Translations under genes and position numbers: made by a program
Notes under the pieces: model-generated
Databases searched by the model: none
Told to the model about the DNA's origin: nothing
Seen by the model: the letters and a program-made list of their open reading frames with translations, nothing else
Source of the DNA: Dehalococcoidia bacterium
Lineage (GTDB): Bacteria > Chloroflexota > Dehalococcoidia > UBA2979
Length of the DNA: 64,000 bases
NCBI GenBank assembly: GCA_965262725.1
Contig: OZ253555.1
Span: 1,728,001-1,792,000, forward strand
Direction: 5' to 3'
Part shown: positions 48,949-57,093 of the stretch, one piece after another
Layout: every line of letters starts with the position of its first letter
How positions within the stretch are numbered: the stretch's first letter is position 1

Positions 48949-49038
48949 CCGGCGCGATCGCGGACTCGGAGCCGCGGCGGCCGCCGCGCCGGAAGTGCAT
49001 GCGTGCTACCGCCTCTGGGGGCTCCTTGAGGGGGTGAC

Positions 49039-49422
49039 GTGATCCCAGAGCAGTACGGACGTGCAGGCGTGCTGTTCCTGTTCGCCATCCTCTTCCCGGC
49101 GCTCCCCCTCGTCGTCTCGCACCTGCTGTACCGCCTCCGCATCCGGCCGGACCGGCCCGATCCCGTGAAGCACTCGGTCTACGAGTGCGGCGTCGAGGCG
49201 GAGGGGAGTTCCTGGGGCCGCTTCAACGCGCGCTACTACCTCTTCGCGCTCGGCTTCGTCATCTTCGACGTCGAGGTGATCTTCCTCTACCCGTGGGCGG
49301 CGGCGCACGCCGACCTCGCGCTCCAATCGCTCGCCGTGCTCGGGAAGGCGGCGCTCTTCATCGGCGTGCTCGCCTTCGGGCTCGGCTACGCCTGGCGCCG
49401 CCGCGCGCTGGAGTGGCACTGA
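49039..49422 (+). CDS. nuoA: Complex I subunit A
   Basis: YECG, RYYLFALGFVIFDVE, LEW. Confidence 0.95.
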   Translation: MIPEQYGRAGVLFLFAILFPALPLVVSHLLYRLRIRPDRPDPVKHSVYECGVEAEGSSWGRFNARYYLFALGFVIFDVEVIFLYPWAAAHADLALQSLAVLGKAALFIGVLAFGLGYAWRRRALEWH

Positions 49423-49937
49423 TGCCCCCCGGGCCACGCCAGTTGGGGGGCGAGAGGGTGGCCGCCGCGCTCGAGGCCGCCCTCCCCGGCTCGGTCGTCG
49501 AGGTCCACCCGGAGTGGGTCGTGGTCTCCCCGGGGCACCTGGTCGAGGCGCTCGGCTGGCTGCGGGAATCGGAGGAGTTCGACGCGGCCCAGCTCTCGAA
49601 CCTCTGCGCCGTCGACTACCACGCCTACTTCGAGGTCGTCTACCACCTGCAGTCGCTCGACCTGAACCAGCAGCTGGTCGTCAAGACGCGCACGACCAGC
49701 CGCGAGGACGTCACCGTGCCGAGCGCGTGCGCGGTCTACCAGGGGGCGCTGCTGCAGGAGCGTGAGGCCTACGACCTGATGGGCGTCCGCTTCGAGGGGC
49801 ACCCCGACCTCAGGCGGCTCTTCCTCTGGGAAGGCTACCCCGGGCATCCCCTGCGCAAGGACTTCCTGCAGCTGCAGGGGCACCACCCGGGCCTCCCGCG
49901 GTTCCCCTTCGAGGAGCCCGGGGTCCAGTCGCGATGA
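49422..49937 (+). CDS. nuoC: Complex I subunit C
   Basis: FEVVYHL, EREAYDLMGV, GHPDLRR, GHPLRKD; TGATG overlap with nuoA. Confidence 0.95.
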   Translation: MPPGPRQLGGERVAAALEAALPGSVVEVHPEWVVVSPGHLVEALGWLRESEEFDAAQLSNLCAVDYHAYFEVVYHLQSLDLNQQLVVKTRTTSREDVTVPSACAVYQGALLQEREAYDLMGVRFEGHPDLRRLFLWEGYPGHPLRKDFLQLQGHHPGLPRFPFEEPGVQSR

Positions 49938-51085
49938 GCGAGGGGGCGATGGAGCCGGGCGGGCCTCCCGCCGACGGCGCGGCCGCCGGTGCCGGCGAGC
50001 CTTACATACTCAACATCGGGCCGCAGCACCCCTCCACGCACGGCGTCTTCCGGCTTCGGGTCGCGATGGATGGCGAGCGCATCGTCGACATGGACATGAT
50101 CGTCGGCTACCTCCATCGCTCGATGGAGAAGCTCGCGGAGGAGCGCACCTACACGCAGAACATCCCGTTCACCGATCGCGCCGACTACCTGGCGGCGATG
50201 TCGGGGAACCTCGGGCTCTGTCTCGCCGCCGAGCGCCTCGCCGGCGTGGAGGTGCCGGAGCGGGCGAGCGTGCTGCGGGTGATCTTCGCCGAGCTGCAGC
50301 GGATCGCCAGCCACGCGATGGGGAACGGGACGCTCGTCTCCGACGCCGGCGCCTGGCAGACGCCGCTCCTCTACATGTTCCGCGAACGCGAGCGCATCCT
50401 CGATCTCTTCGAGATGACCTGCGGGGCGAGGCTCACCACCAACTACATGCGCATTGGCGGCGTCGCCTTCGACCCGCCGCCGGAGTTCTTCCCGCAGCTC
50501 GAGTCACTCGTGGATGATCTTCCGTCGTGTGTGGACGAGTACGTCGAGCTCCTCGCCGAGAACGAGATCTTCCTCGCGCGCACCCGGGGCGTCGGCGTGA
50601 TCTCGGCCGCCGACGCCATCAACGGCTCGCTCACCGGACCCCAGCTGCGCGGCTCGGGCGTTCCCTGGGACCTGCGCAAGGCGGAGCCGTACTCGGGCTA
50701 CGAGCGCTACGACTTCGAGATCCCGGTCGGGAGCGCGGGCGACGTCTACGATCGCTTCATGGTGCGGATGGAGGAGGTGCGCCAGTCCACCCGCATCATC
50801 CGGCAGGCGCTGGAGGCGCTCCCCGGAGGTCCGCACAAGACCGAGGTGCCGCTTGCGCTGCGCCCCGAGCCGGGGGAGGTCTACGGCCGCGTCGAGGGCC
50901 CGCGCGGCGAGGTCGGCTTCTATCTCGTCGCCGACGGGGGGCCGGCGCCGTATCGCTTCCACCTGCGCGCGCCCTCCCTCATCAACCTCTCGCTGCTGCG
51001 CTCCCTCGCCGTCGGCGCCTCCCTCCCGGACGCGGTGGTCACGCTCGGATCGCTCGACATCGTGGTCGGGGAGATAGACAGGTGA
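49934..51085 (+). CDS. nuoD: Complex I subunit D
   Basis: GPQHPSTHG, GYLHR, DRADY, GEIDR. Confidence 0.96.
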   Translation: MSEGAMEPGGPPADGAAAGAGEPYILNIGPQHPSTHGVFRLRVAMDGERIVDMDMIVGYLHRSMEKLAEERTYTQNIPFTDRADYLAAMSGNLGLCLAAERLAGVEVPERASVLRVIFAELQRIASHAMGNGTLVSDAGAWQTPLLYMFRERERILDLFEMTCGARLTTNYMRIGGVAFDPPPEFFPQLESLVDDLPSCVDEYVELLAENEIFLARTRGVGVISAADAINGSLTGPQLRGSGVPWDLRKAEPYSGYERYDFEIPVGSAGDVYDRFMVRMEEVRQSTRIIRQALEALPGGPHKTEVPLALRPEPGEVYGRVEGPRGEVGFYLVADGGPAPYRFHLRAPSLINLSLLRSLAVGASLPDAVVTLGSLDIVVGEIDR

Positions 51086-52470
51086 GCGCTCGGGCGCGGG
51101 GGGCGCTCGCAGCCATCGTGGGGCTCGGGCCGCTCCGGCTCGCGGCGCTCGCCGTGCTCGTTGCGCTCGGCGCGTCGGCGAACGCCGTCGTCGGCTACCT
51201 CGTCATCGATGGTCGTCTCGACGGCCAGTGGTACGACATCCGCGACCTCGGCTTCGCGGTCGAGAGGCTGCGGGCGGAGCTCGACGCGGCCGGACCGCCC
51301 GCCCTCTCCTACTGGGTCACGGCGCTCGTCGGCGTCGGCGCCATCCTGACCTTCCTCGGCGGGGTGCTCCTGATCGGGAGCTGGGTCGAGCGCCGGCTGC
51401 TCGCGCGCTTCCAGATCCGCCGCGGCCCCAACCGTGTCGGCCCCTTCGGGCTGCTCCAGCCGCTCGCCGACGCCATCAAGCTGATGCAGAAGGAGGTGCT
51501 GATCCCCCGGGGAGCGGATCGCTTCCTCTACGTGATCCCCCCGGTCGCGGTCTTCATTCCGGCCGTCCTGGCGTGGGGTCCGGTGCCGTGGGCGCCCCGC
51601 ATGACCTACCTCGACGTCAACGTCGGCGTGCTCTACGTGATCGCGGTGAGCTCGCTCGGCGTGCTCGCGCTCTTCATGGCCGGCTGGTCCTCGAACAACC
51701 ACTACGCGCTCCTGGGCGCGATGCGCACGGTGGCGATGATGATCTCCTACGAGATCCCCATCTCGCTCGCGCTCCTCTCCGTGGTGCTGATGACGGGCAC
51801 GCTCCAGCTCTCCGAGATCGTGCTCTGGCAGGAGCAGCACCGGCTCTGGCTGGGGCTGCTGCTCCCGATCGCGTTCGTCACCTTCTTCTTCTCCTCCACC
51901 GCCGAGATCAACCGCACCCCGAACGACATCGCCGAGGCGGAGTCGGAGATCGTCGCCGGCTACCACACGGAGTACTCCGGGATGAAGGCCGGCCTCTTCA
52001 TGGCGGTCGAGCTGGGCAACGCCGTGGTCGTGGGGGCGCTGGTGGCGACCATGTTCCTGGGAGGCTGGTCGCTCTTCGGGCTCGAGACGTGGATCCCGCC
52101 CTACCTGGTGTTTGCCGCCAAGACCGGCGCCGTCTACTTCGTCCTGGTGTGGCTGCGCGGCACGCTGCCGCGCTTCCGCCTCGACCAGCTGATGGGCTTC
52201 GCGTGGAAGTACCTGATCCCGATTTCGATCGTGAACGTCGGCGTGGTCGCCGTGGAGGCGGCGATCCTGGTGCGCCTCGACGCGCCGGGGATCGTGCCGC
52301 TCGGCGCCTTCACCCTCGTCAACGTCGCCCTCGCGGCGGCGCTCGTGCGCTTCGCGATGCCTCAGCCCTTCGGCGGGCCGGGGGGCGCCCGGACGTCGGC
52401 CCACGCGCCCGTCCTCACCACGGTCCTCGGCGGGCTCCGCGCCGCGGAGCGCGTGCGGCCGCTCTCGTGA
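51082..52470 (+). CDS. nuoH: Complex I subunit H with an N-terminal extension
   Basis: RRGPNRVGPFGLLQPLADAIK, EAESEIVAGYHTEYSG, PRFRLDQLM; GTGA overlap with nuoD. Confidence 0.94.
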   Translation: MSARARGALAAIVGLGPLRLAALAVLVALGASANAVVGYLVIDGRLDGQWYDIRDLGFAVERLRAELDAAGPPALSYWVTALVGVGAILTFLGGVLLIGSWVERRLLARFQIRRGPNRVGPFGLLQPLADAIKLMQKEVLIPRGADRFLYVIPPVAVFIPAVLAWGPVPWAPRMTYLDVNVGVLYVIAVSSLGVLALFMAGWSSNNHYALLGAMRTVAMMISYEIPISLALLSVVLMTGTLQLSEIVLWQEQHRLWLGLLLPIAFVTFFFSSTAEINRTPNDIAEAESEIVAGYHTEYSGMKAGLFMAVELGNAVVVGALVATMFLGGWSLFGLETWIPPYLVFAAKTGAVYFVLVWLRGTLPRFRLDQLMGFAWKYLIPISIVNVGVVAVEAAILVRLDAPGIVPLGAFTLVNVALAAALVRFAMPQPFGGPGGARTSAHAPVLTTVLGGLRAAERVRPLS

Positions 52471-52510
52471 GCGCCCGCCGGGCAGGGACGCGGGCCGGAG
52501 GGGGCGGCTA

Positions 52511-53050
52511 GTGGAGTCGACCGGGGTCGCCGCCGCCTTCTGGCTGCTCTCCGCCGTCACGATCGGCGGGGCGCTGCTCGTGCTGCTCTCGCGGAACCTG
52601 CTGCACGCGCTCGCCTTCCTGGTGCTCGCCTTCCTCGGAACGGCGGGGCTCTTCCTGACCCTCTCCGCCGACTTCATCGCGGTGGCGCAGGTCCTGATCT
52701 ACGTCGGCGCCATCGCCGTACTCATCGTCTTCGCGATCATGCTCACCCCCCTCGCCTCGCGCGACAACGGAAACTCGCTCTACGCGGTGCCGGGCGCGCT
52801 GCTCGGCCTGGCGACGGCGGCCCTCGTCGCCTTCGCCGCGCTCGACGTGAGCTGGCCCGAGCTCGCCGGCGCGGCGCTCGAGGCGCGCGGCTTCGCCTCG
52901 ACGGTGGGGACGATCGGGGAGCTCTTGCTCGGGCGCTACGTGCTCGCCTTCGAGGTCGCCTCGGCGCTCCTGCTCTTCGCGCTGATCGGGGCGATCGTGC
53001 TCGTGCGCGAGGACGCGCCGGCCGGGCCCGGGGAGGGGCCGGAGCCGTGA
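52511..53050 (+). CDS. nuoJ: Complex I subunit J
   Basis: QVLIYVGAIAVL, FEVAS. Confidence 0.93.
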   Translation: MESTGVAAAFWLLSAVTIGGALLVLLSRNLLHALAFLVLAFLGTAGLFLTLSADFIAVAQVLIYVGAIAVLIVFAIMLTPLASRDNGNSLYAVPGALLGLATAALVAFAALDVSWPELAGAALEARGFASTVGTIGELLLGRYVLAFEVASALLLFALIGAIVLVREDAPAGPGEGPEP

Positions 53051-53385
53051 GCGTCGATCTCGCGCCCACGCTCGGGCACTACCTGGTCGTCTCGGGGCTC
53101 GTCTTCGGGCTCGGGACCGCGGTCGCGCTCTCCAAGCGCAATGCCATCGCGGTCCTGATGGGGGTCGAGCTGATGCTGAACGGCGTCAACCTGGCGCTCG
53201 TCGCCTTCTCGCGCTTCGGTGCGGCCTTCGAGGACGAGGCGGCCGCGCTCGCGGGCCACGTCTTCGTGGTCTTCGTGCTGACGGTCGCCGCCGCCGAGGC
53301 CGCGGTCGCGCTCGCGCTCGCCGTGCTCGTCTACCGCCGGCGCGAGACCGTCGACCTCGATCGCCTCACGTCGATGCGCTGGTAG
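53047..53385 (+). CDS. nuoK: Complex I subunit K
   Basis: LMGVELMLN, VAAAEAAV. Confidence 0.95.
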   Translation: MSVDLAPTLGHYLVVSGLVFGLGTAVALSKRNAIAVLMGVELMLNGVNLALVAFSRFGAAFEDEAAALAGHVFVVFVLTVAAAEAAVALALAVLVYRRRETVDLDRLTSMRW

Positions 53386-53397
53386 GGGGCGGATGGA

Positions 53398-53586
53398 ATG
53401 TGGGTTCGCTTCATGGAGCTGCCGGACGGCTACGCCGCCGAAATATGGCAGGAGCTCTTCCACCAGCAGGCGCTCCCGGTGCGCGTCGTCCCGCCGCTCG
53501 AGGTGGGCCCGATGAGCGTGCCGCGGGAGATCTGGGTCCCCGACGGGAAGACCCACGTCGCCCGCGAGGTGCTGAACAAGATATGA
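53398..53586 (+). CDS. Small soluble protein (62 aa), DUF2007-like
   Basis: Protein-like composition and codon usage; pattern W..., AEI...L, I.VP...A.E.L. Confidence 0.65.
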   Translation: MWVRFMELPDGYAAEIWQELFHQQALPVRVVPPLEVGPMSVPREIWVPDGKTHVAREVLNKI

Positions 53587-53632
53587 GCGGCGCCGCACCC
53601 CCGCCGATCGCGCTCGTGCGGGCTTCGCTGTG

Positions 53633-55561
53633 ATGCCCGGGTTGGGCGACATCCCCGAGGGGGCCCTGTGGGCGATCTACCTCGCGCCCTTCGCCTCGGC
53701 CGCGGTGATCGCCGCGGTGCTGCGCGGGCGCCCGCTCGCGGCCGGACGGCTCACGATCGCCGCGGTCGGCCTCACCTGGCTCCTCTCGCTCTGGGCCCTC
53801 GCGAGCGCGCTCGAGCACGACGGCGAGCCGCTTCAGCTCGCCGCGCACTCCTGGTTCGCCGCGGGCGGCTTCGAGATGGAGGTGGGCCTCCACCTGGACG
53901 GCCTGACCGCCGTGATGCTGGTCGTGGTGACGTCGGTCGCGCTCCTGGTCCAGGTCTACTCCACCGGCTACATGCACGGGGACCCCGGCTACTCCCGCTA
54001 CTTCGCCTACATGTCGCTCTTCACCGGTTCGATGCTCGGCCTCGTGCTCGCCTCGAACCTGGTGCAGCTCTTCGTGCACTGGGAGCTCGTGGGGCTCTGC
54101 TCTTACCTCCTGATCGGCTTCTGGTTCGACCGCCCCTCCGCGGCCGCCGCGGCGAAGAAGGCCTTCATCGTCACGCGCTTCGGCGATCTCGGCTTTCTGC
54201 TGGCGGTGCTGCTGATCGGGACCAAGGCCGGGCTCTTCGACATCCAGGCCATCAACGAGCTCGCGCACTCGGGCGCGCTCGGGGGCGCCGTGCTCACCGG
54301 CTTCACGCTCGGACTGCTCGCGGGCGCGGTGGGGAAGTCGGCGCAGTTCCCGCTGCACATCTGGCTGCCGGACGCGATGGAGGGCCCGACTCCGGTCTCC
54401 GCGCTGATCCACGCGGCGACGATGGTCGCGGCCGGCGTCTACCTGCTCGCCCGCTTCTTTCCCTCGCTCGACGCCGCGCCCGCCGAGGTCGCGACGCTCG
54501 TCGCCTACACCGGTGGGCTCACCGCTCTGCTCGCGGCGACGATGGGCGTGGTCGCGACCGATATCAAGCGGGTCCTCGCCTACTCGACGATCTCCCAGCT
54601 CGGCTACATGGTGATGGCGCTCGGGGTCGGCGGATACGTCGCCGCCGTCTTCCACCTCTTCACGCACGCCTTCTTCAAGGCGCTGCTCTTCCTGGGCTCG
54701 GGCTCGGTGAACCACGCGACGGGGACCTTCGACATGCGGCTGATGGGCGGGCTCTCCCGCGCGATGCCGGTGACCTTCGCGACCTTCGTGGTGGGCTCGC
54801 TCTCGCTTGCCGGCGTCTTCCCGCTCGCCGGGTTCTGGAGCAAGGACGAGATCCTGCTCGACGCCTGGATCCACCACGAGTGGGTGCTCTTTGCAATCGG
54901 CGTCGGCGTGGCGGCCCTGACCGCGCTCTACATGTTCCGCGCCATCTTCCTCACCTTCCTCGGCGAGTACGCCGGGGGCGGCGGCGAGCGCGGCGGTCAC
55001 GCCGGCGCGCCGCACGAGTCGCCGGTCTCGATGTGGGTGCCGCTGGTGCTGCTCGCCGTCCCAGCGGTGACCATTGGCTGGCTCAACGTCGGCGGCGGCT
55101 TCGGCGCGTTCGTCGAGGGGGCCCTCCCCGAGGACATGCGCCACTTCGAGTTCGACATCCACCCGGTCGTGCTCGTGAGCTCGACGCTCGCCGCTCTCGG
55201 CGGCATCGGGGCCGCCGCCGCCATCTACCTCTATCGCTCGCCCCCGCCTGAGCGCCTGCGCGCGGCCTTCGGCCCGCTCGCGGGCCTGGTCGAGCGCAAG
55301 TACTACCTCGACGAGCTTGCGGAGACGGTGGTCGTGCGGTGGGTGCTCAACGGGGGCATCGGGCGTGCGGCGGCGGCCGCCGACCGCGTCGTCGTCGACG
55401 GCTGCGTGAACGGTGTCGGCCGCCTCTCGCTCGCCGCCGGCGACGCCGTCAGGCGCGCGGAAACCGGGCAGCTGCAGGCCTACACCTCGATGCTCCTCGC
55501 CGGCGTCGTGGTCGCCTCGGTGCTGCTCTTCGTCTTCGGGGGCGAGGTGCTCGCCAGATGA
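53633..55561 (+). CDS. nuoL: Complex I subunit L
   Basis: KSAQFPLHIWLPDAMEGPTPVSALIHAATMV, HAFFKALLFL. Confidence 0.96.
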   Translation: MPGLGDIPEGALWAIYLAPFASAAVIAAVLRGRPLAAGRLTIAAVGLTWLLSLWALASALEHDGEPLQLAAHSWFAAGGFEMEVGLHLDGLTAVMLVVVTSVALLVQVYSTGYMHGDPGYSRYFAYMSLFTGSMLGLVLASNLVQLFVHWELVGLCSYLLIGFWFDRPSAAAAAKKAFIVTRFGDLGFLLAVLLIGTKAGLFDIQAINELAHSGALGGAVLTGFTLGLLAGAVGKSAQFPLHIWLPDAMEGPTPVSALIHAATMVAAGVYLLARFFPSLDAAPAEVATLVAYTGGLTALLAATMGVVATDIKRVLAYSTISQLGYMVMALGVGGYVAAVFHLFTHAFFKALLFLGSGSVNHATGTFDMRLMGGLSRAMPVTFATFVVGSLSLAGVFPLAGFWSKDEILLDAWIHHEWVLFAIGVGVAALTALYMFRAIFLTFLGEYAGGGGERGGHAGAPHESPVSMWVPLVLLAVPAVTIGWLNVGGGFGAFVEGALPEDMRHFEFDIHPVVLVSSTLAALGGIGAAAAIYLYRSPPPERLRAAFGPLAGLVERKYYLDELAETVVVRWVLNGGIGRAAAAADRVVVDGCVNGVGRLSLAAGDAVRRAETGQLQAYTSMLLAGVVVASVLLFVFGGEVLAR

Positions 55562-55577
55562 TCGGGGCGAAGCGGCC

Positions 55578-57047
55578 ATGCTGACGGTGCTCCTCTTCCT
55601 CCCGGCGCTGGGGGCCGCCTTCGTCGCGCTGCTCCCGCGGGAGCGCGAGCGCGACGCACGCTGGCTGGCGCTCGTGGTGAGCGCGGCGACGCTCGCCCTG
55701 GCCGTGATCGTCTTCGTCGCGCACGAGAGCGGTGCGCCCGGCTACCAGTACGTCGATCGCTTCGAGTGGATCCGGGCGGCGGGGGCGGGCTTCTCCGTGC
55801 AATACGCGCTCGGCGTGGACGGGCTCTCGGCGCCGATGGTGCTGCTCAACGGCCTCCTGTCCGTGGTCGCCGTGCTGGTCTCCTTCGGCATCACCGACCG
55901 CCCGCGCGCCTTCTTCGCCTGGCTGCTCCTGCTCGAGACGGCGGCGATGGGGGTCTTCCTCTCGCTGGATCTGCTGCAGTTCTTCGTCTTCTGGGAGCTG
56001 GAGCTGCTCCCGATGTACATGCTGATCAGCGGCTGGGGCACCGGCCGCCGCGAGTACAGCGCGATGAAGTTCGTGCTCTACACGCTCGCGGGCTCGGCCT
56101 TCATGCTCGTCGGCTTCCTGGTGCTCGGCCTCGCGGCCGGGACTTTCGACATCGAGGTCCTCACGCAGGAGCCCGTCACCGACGCCGCGATCCCGCTCTC
56201 CCTGGTCTTCTGGGCGGTGATGGCGGCCTTCCTCGTGAAGCTCCCGGTCGTCCCGCTGCACACCTGGCTCCCGGACGCCCACACCGACGCTCCGACGGCG
56301 GTCTCGGTGATCCTCGCCGGCGTGCTCCTGAAGATGGGCGGATACGGGATCCTGCGCATCGCCCTGCCGCTCCTCCCCGGCGAGGCGCGGGATTTCGCCC
56401 CGCTGCTTGCCGCGCTCGCCGGCATCTCGGTGCTCTACGGGGCGGTGATCACGCTCCAGCAGCGCGATCTCAAGCGGCTCGTCGCCTACTCGTCCGTCTC
56501 GCACATGGGCTACGTGCTGCTCGGCGTCTCGGCCCTGGGCACGACCGCGCTCACGGGCGCCGCGCTCCAGATGTTCACCCACGGCCTGATCACCGGGCTG
56601 CTCTTCGTCACAGTCGGCCTCATCTACGACCGTACCCACACGCGCGAGATCTCCGAGCTGCGCGGTCTCATGCACCGCCTCCCCCTGATCGGCGTCGTGA
56701 TGGTGGTGGCGGGTCTCGCCTCGCTGGGGCTGCCCGGCCTCGCCGGCTTCGTCGCCGAGTTCACGACGTTCGTGGGCGCGATCCAGGCGCAGCCGGCCGC
56801 GACGATCGCGGGCGTCGGCGGCATCGTGCTCGCCGCCGGCTACATCCTCTGGACGGTCGAGCGCGTCTTCACCGGCCCTCCCGACGAGAGGTGGCGCGAT
56901 CTCACCGACGCGACCGCGTGGTGGGAGCGCGCCGCGATGGGTTCGCTGGTGCTCGTCATCCTCGCCGTGGGGATCTTCCCGAGGCCGCTGGCCGAGGTCG
57001 TCGAGCACGGTGTTGCCCCGATCGCCGCGCTGGTGGGGGCCGCCTGA
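55578..57047 (+). CDS. nuoM: Complex I subunit M
   Basis: FWELE, KLPVVPLHTWLPDAH, LLKMGGYG, AYSSVSHMG. Confidence 0.96.
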   Translation: MLTVLLFLPALGAAFVALLPRERERDARWLALVVSAATLALAVIVFVAHESGAPGYQYVDRFEWIRAAGAGFSVQYALGVDGLSAPMVLLNGLLSVVAVLVSFGITDRPRAFFAWLLLLETAAMGVFLSLDLLQFFVFWELELLPMYMLISGWGTGRREYSAMKFVLYTLAGSAFMLVGFLVLGLAAGTFDIEVLTQEPVTDAAIPLSLVFWAVMAAFLVKLPVVPLHTWLPDAHTDAPTAVSVILAGVLLKMGGYGILRIALPLLPGEARDFAPLLAALAGISVLYGAVITLQQRDLKRLVAYSSVSHMGYVLLGVSALGTTALTGAALQMFTHGLITGLLFVTVGLIYDRTHTREISELRGLMHRLPLIGVVMVVAGLASLGLPGLAGFVAEFTTFVGAIQAQPAATIAGVGGIVLAAGYILWTVERVFTGPPDERWRDLTDATAWWERAAMGSLVLVILAVGIFPRPLAEVVEHGVAPIAALVGAA

Positions 57048-57093
57048 TGCGGCGGCCGTCGGCGCGGGGGAGCTGCCCGCGGGGAGGTGCCTC

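Noticed and set aside
49420-49424. Selenocysteine readthrough of the nuoA TGA hiding nuoB
   Set aside because: NuoA ends at its normal LEW terminus, nuoC starts immediately in another frame, and there is no NuoB-like sequence.
49934-51085. NuoD as a group 4 [NiFe]-hydrogenase large subunit
   Set aside because: No CxxC nickel-binding motifs; it has NuoD-type termini.
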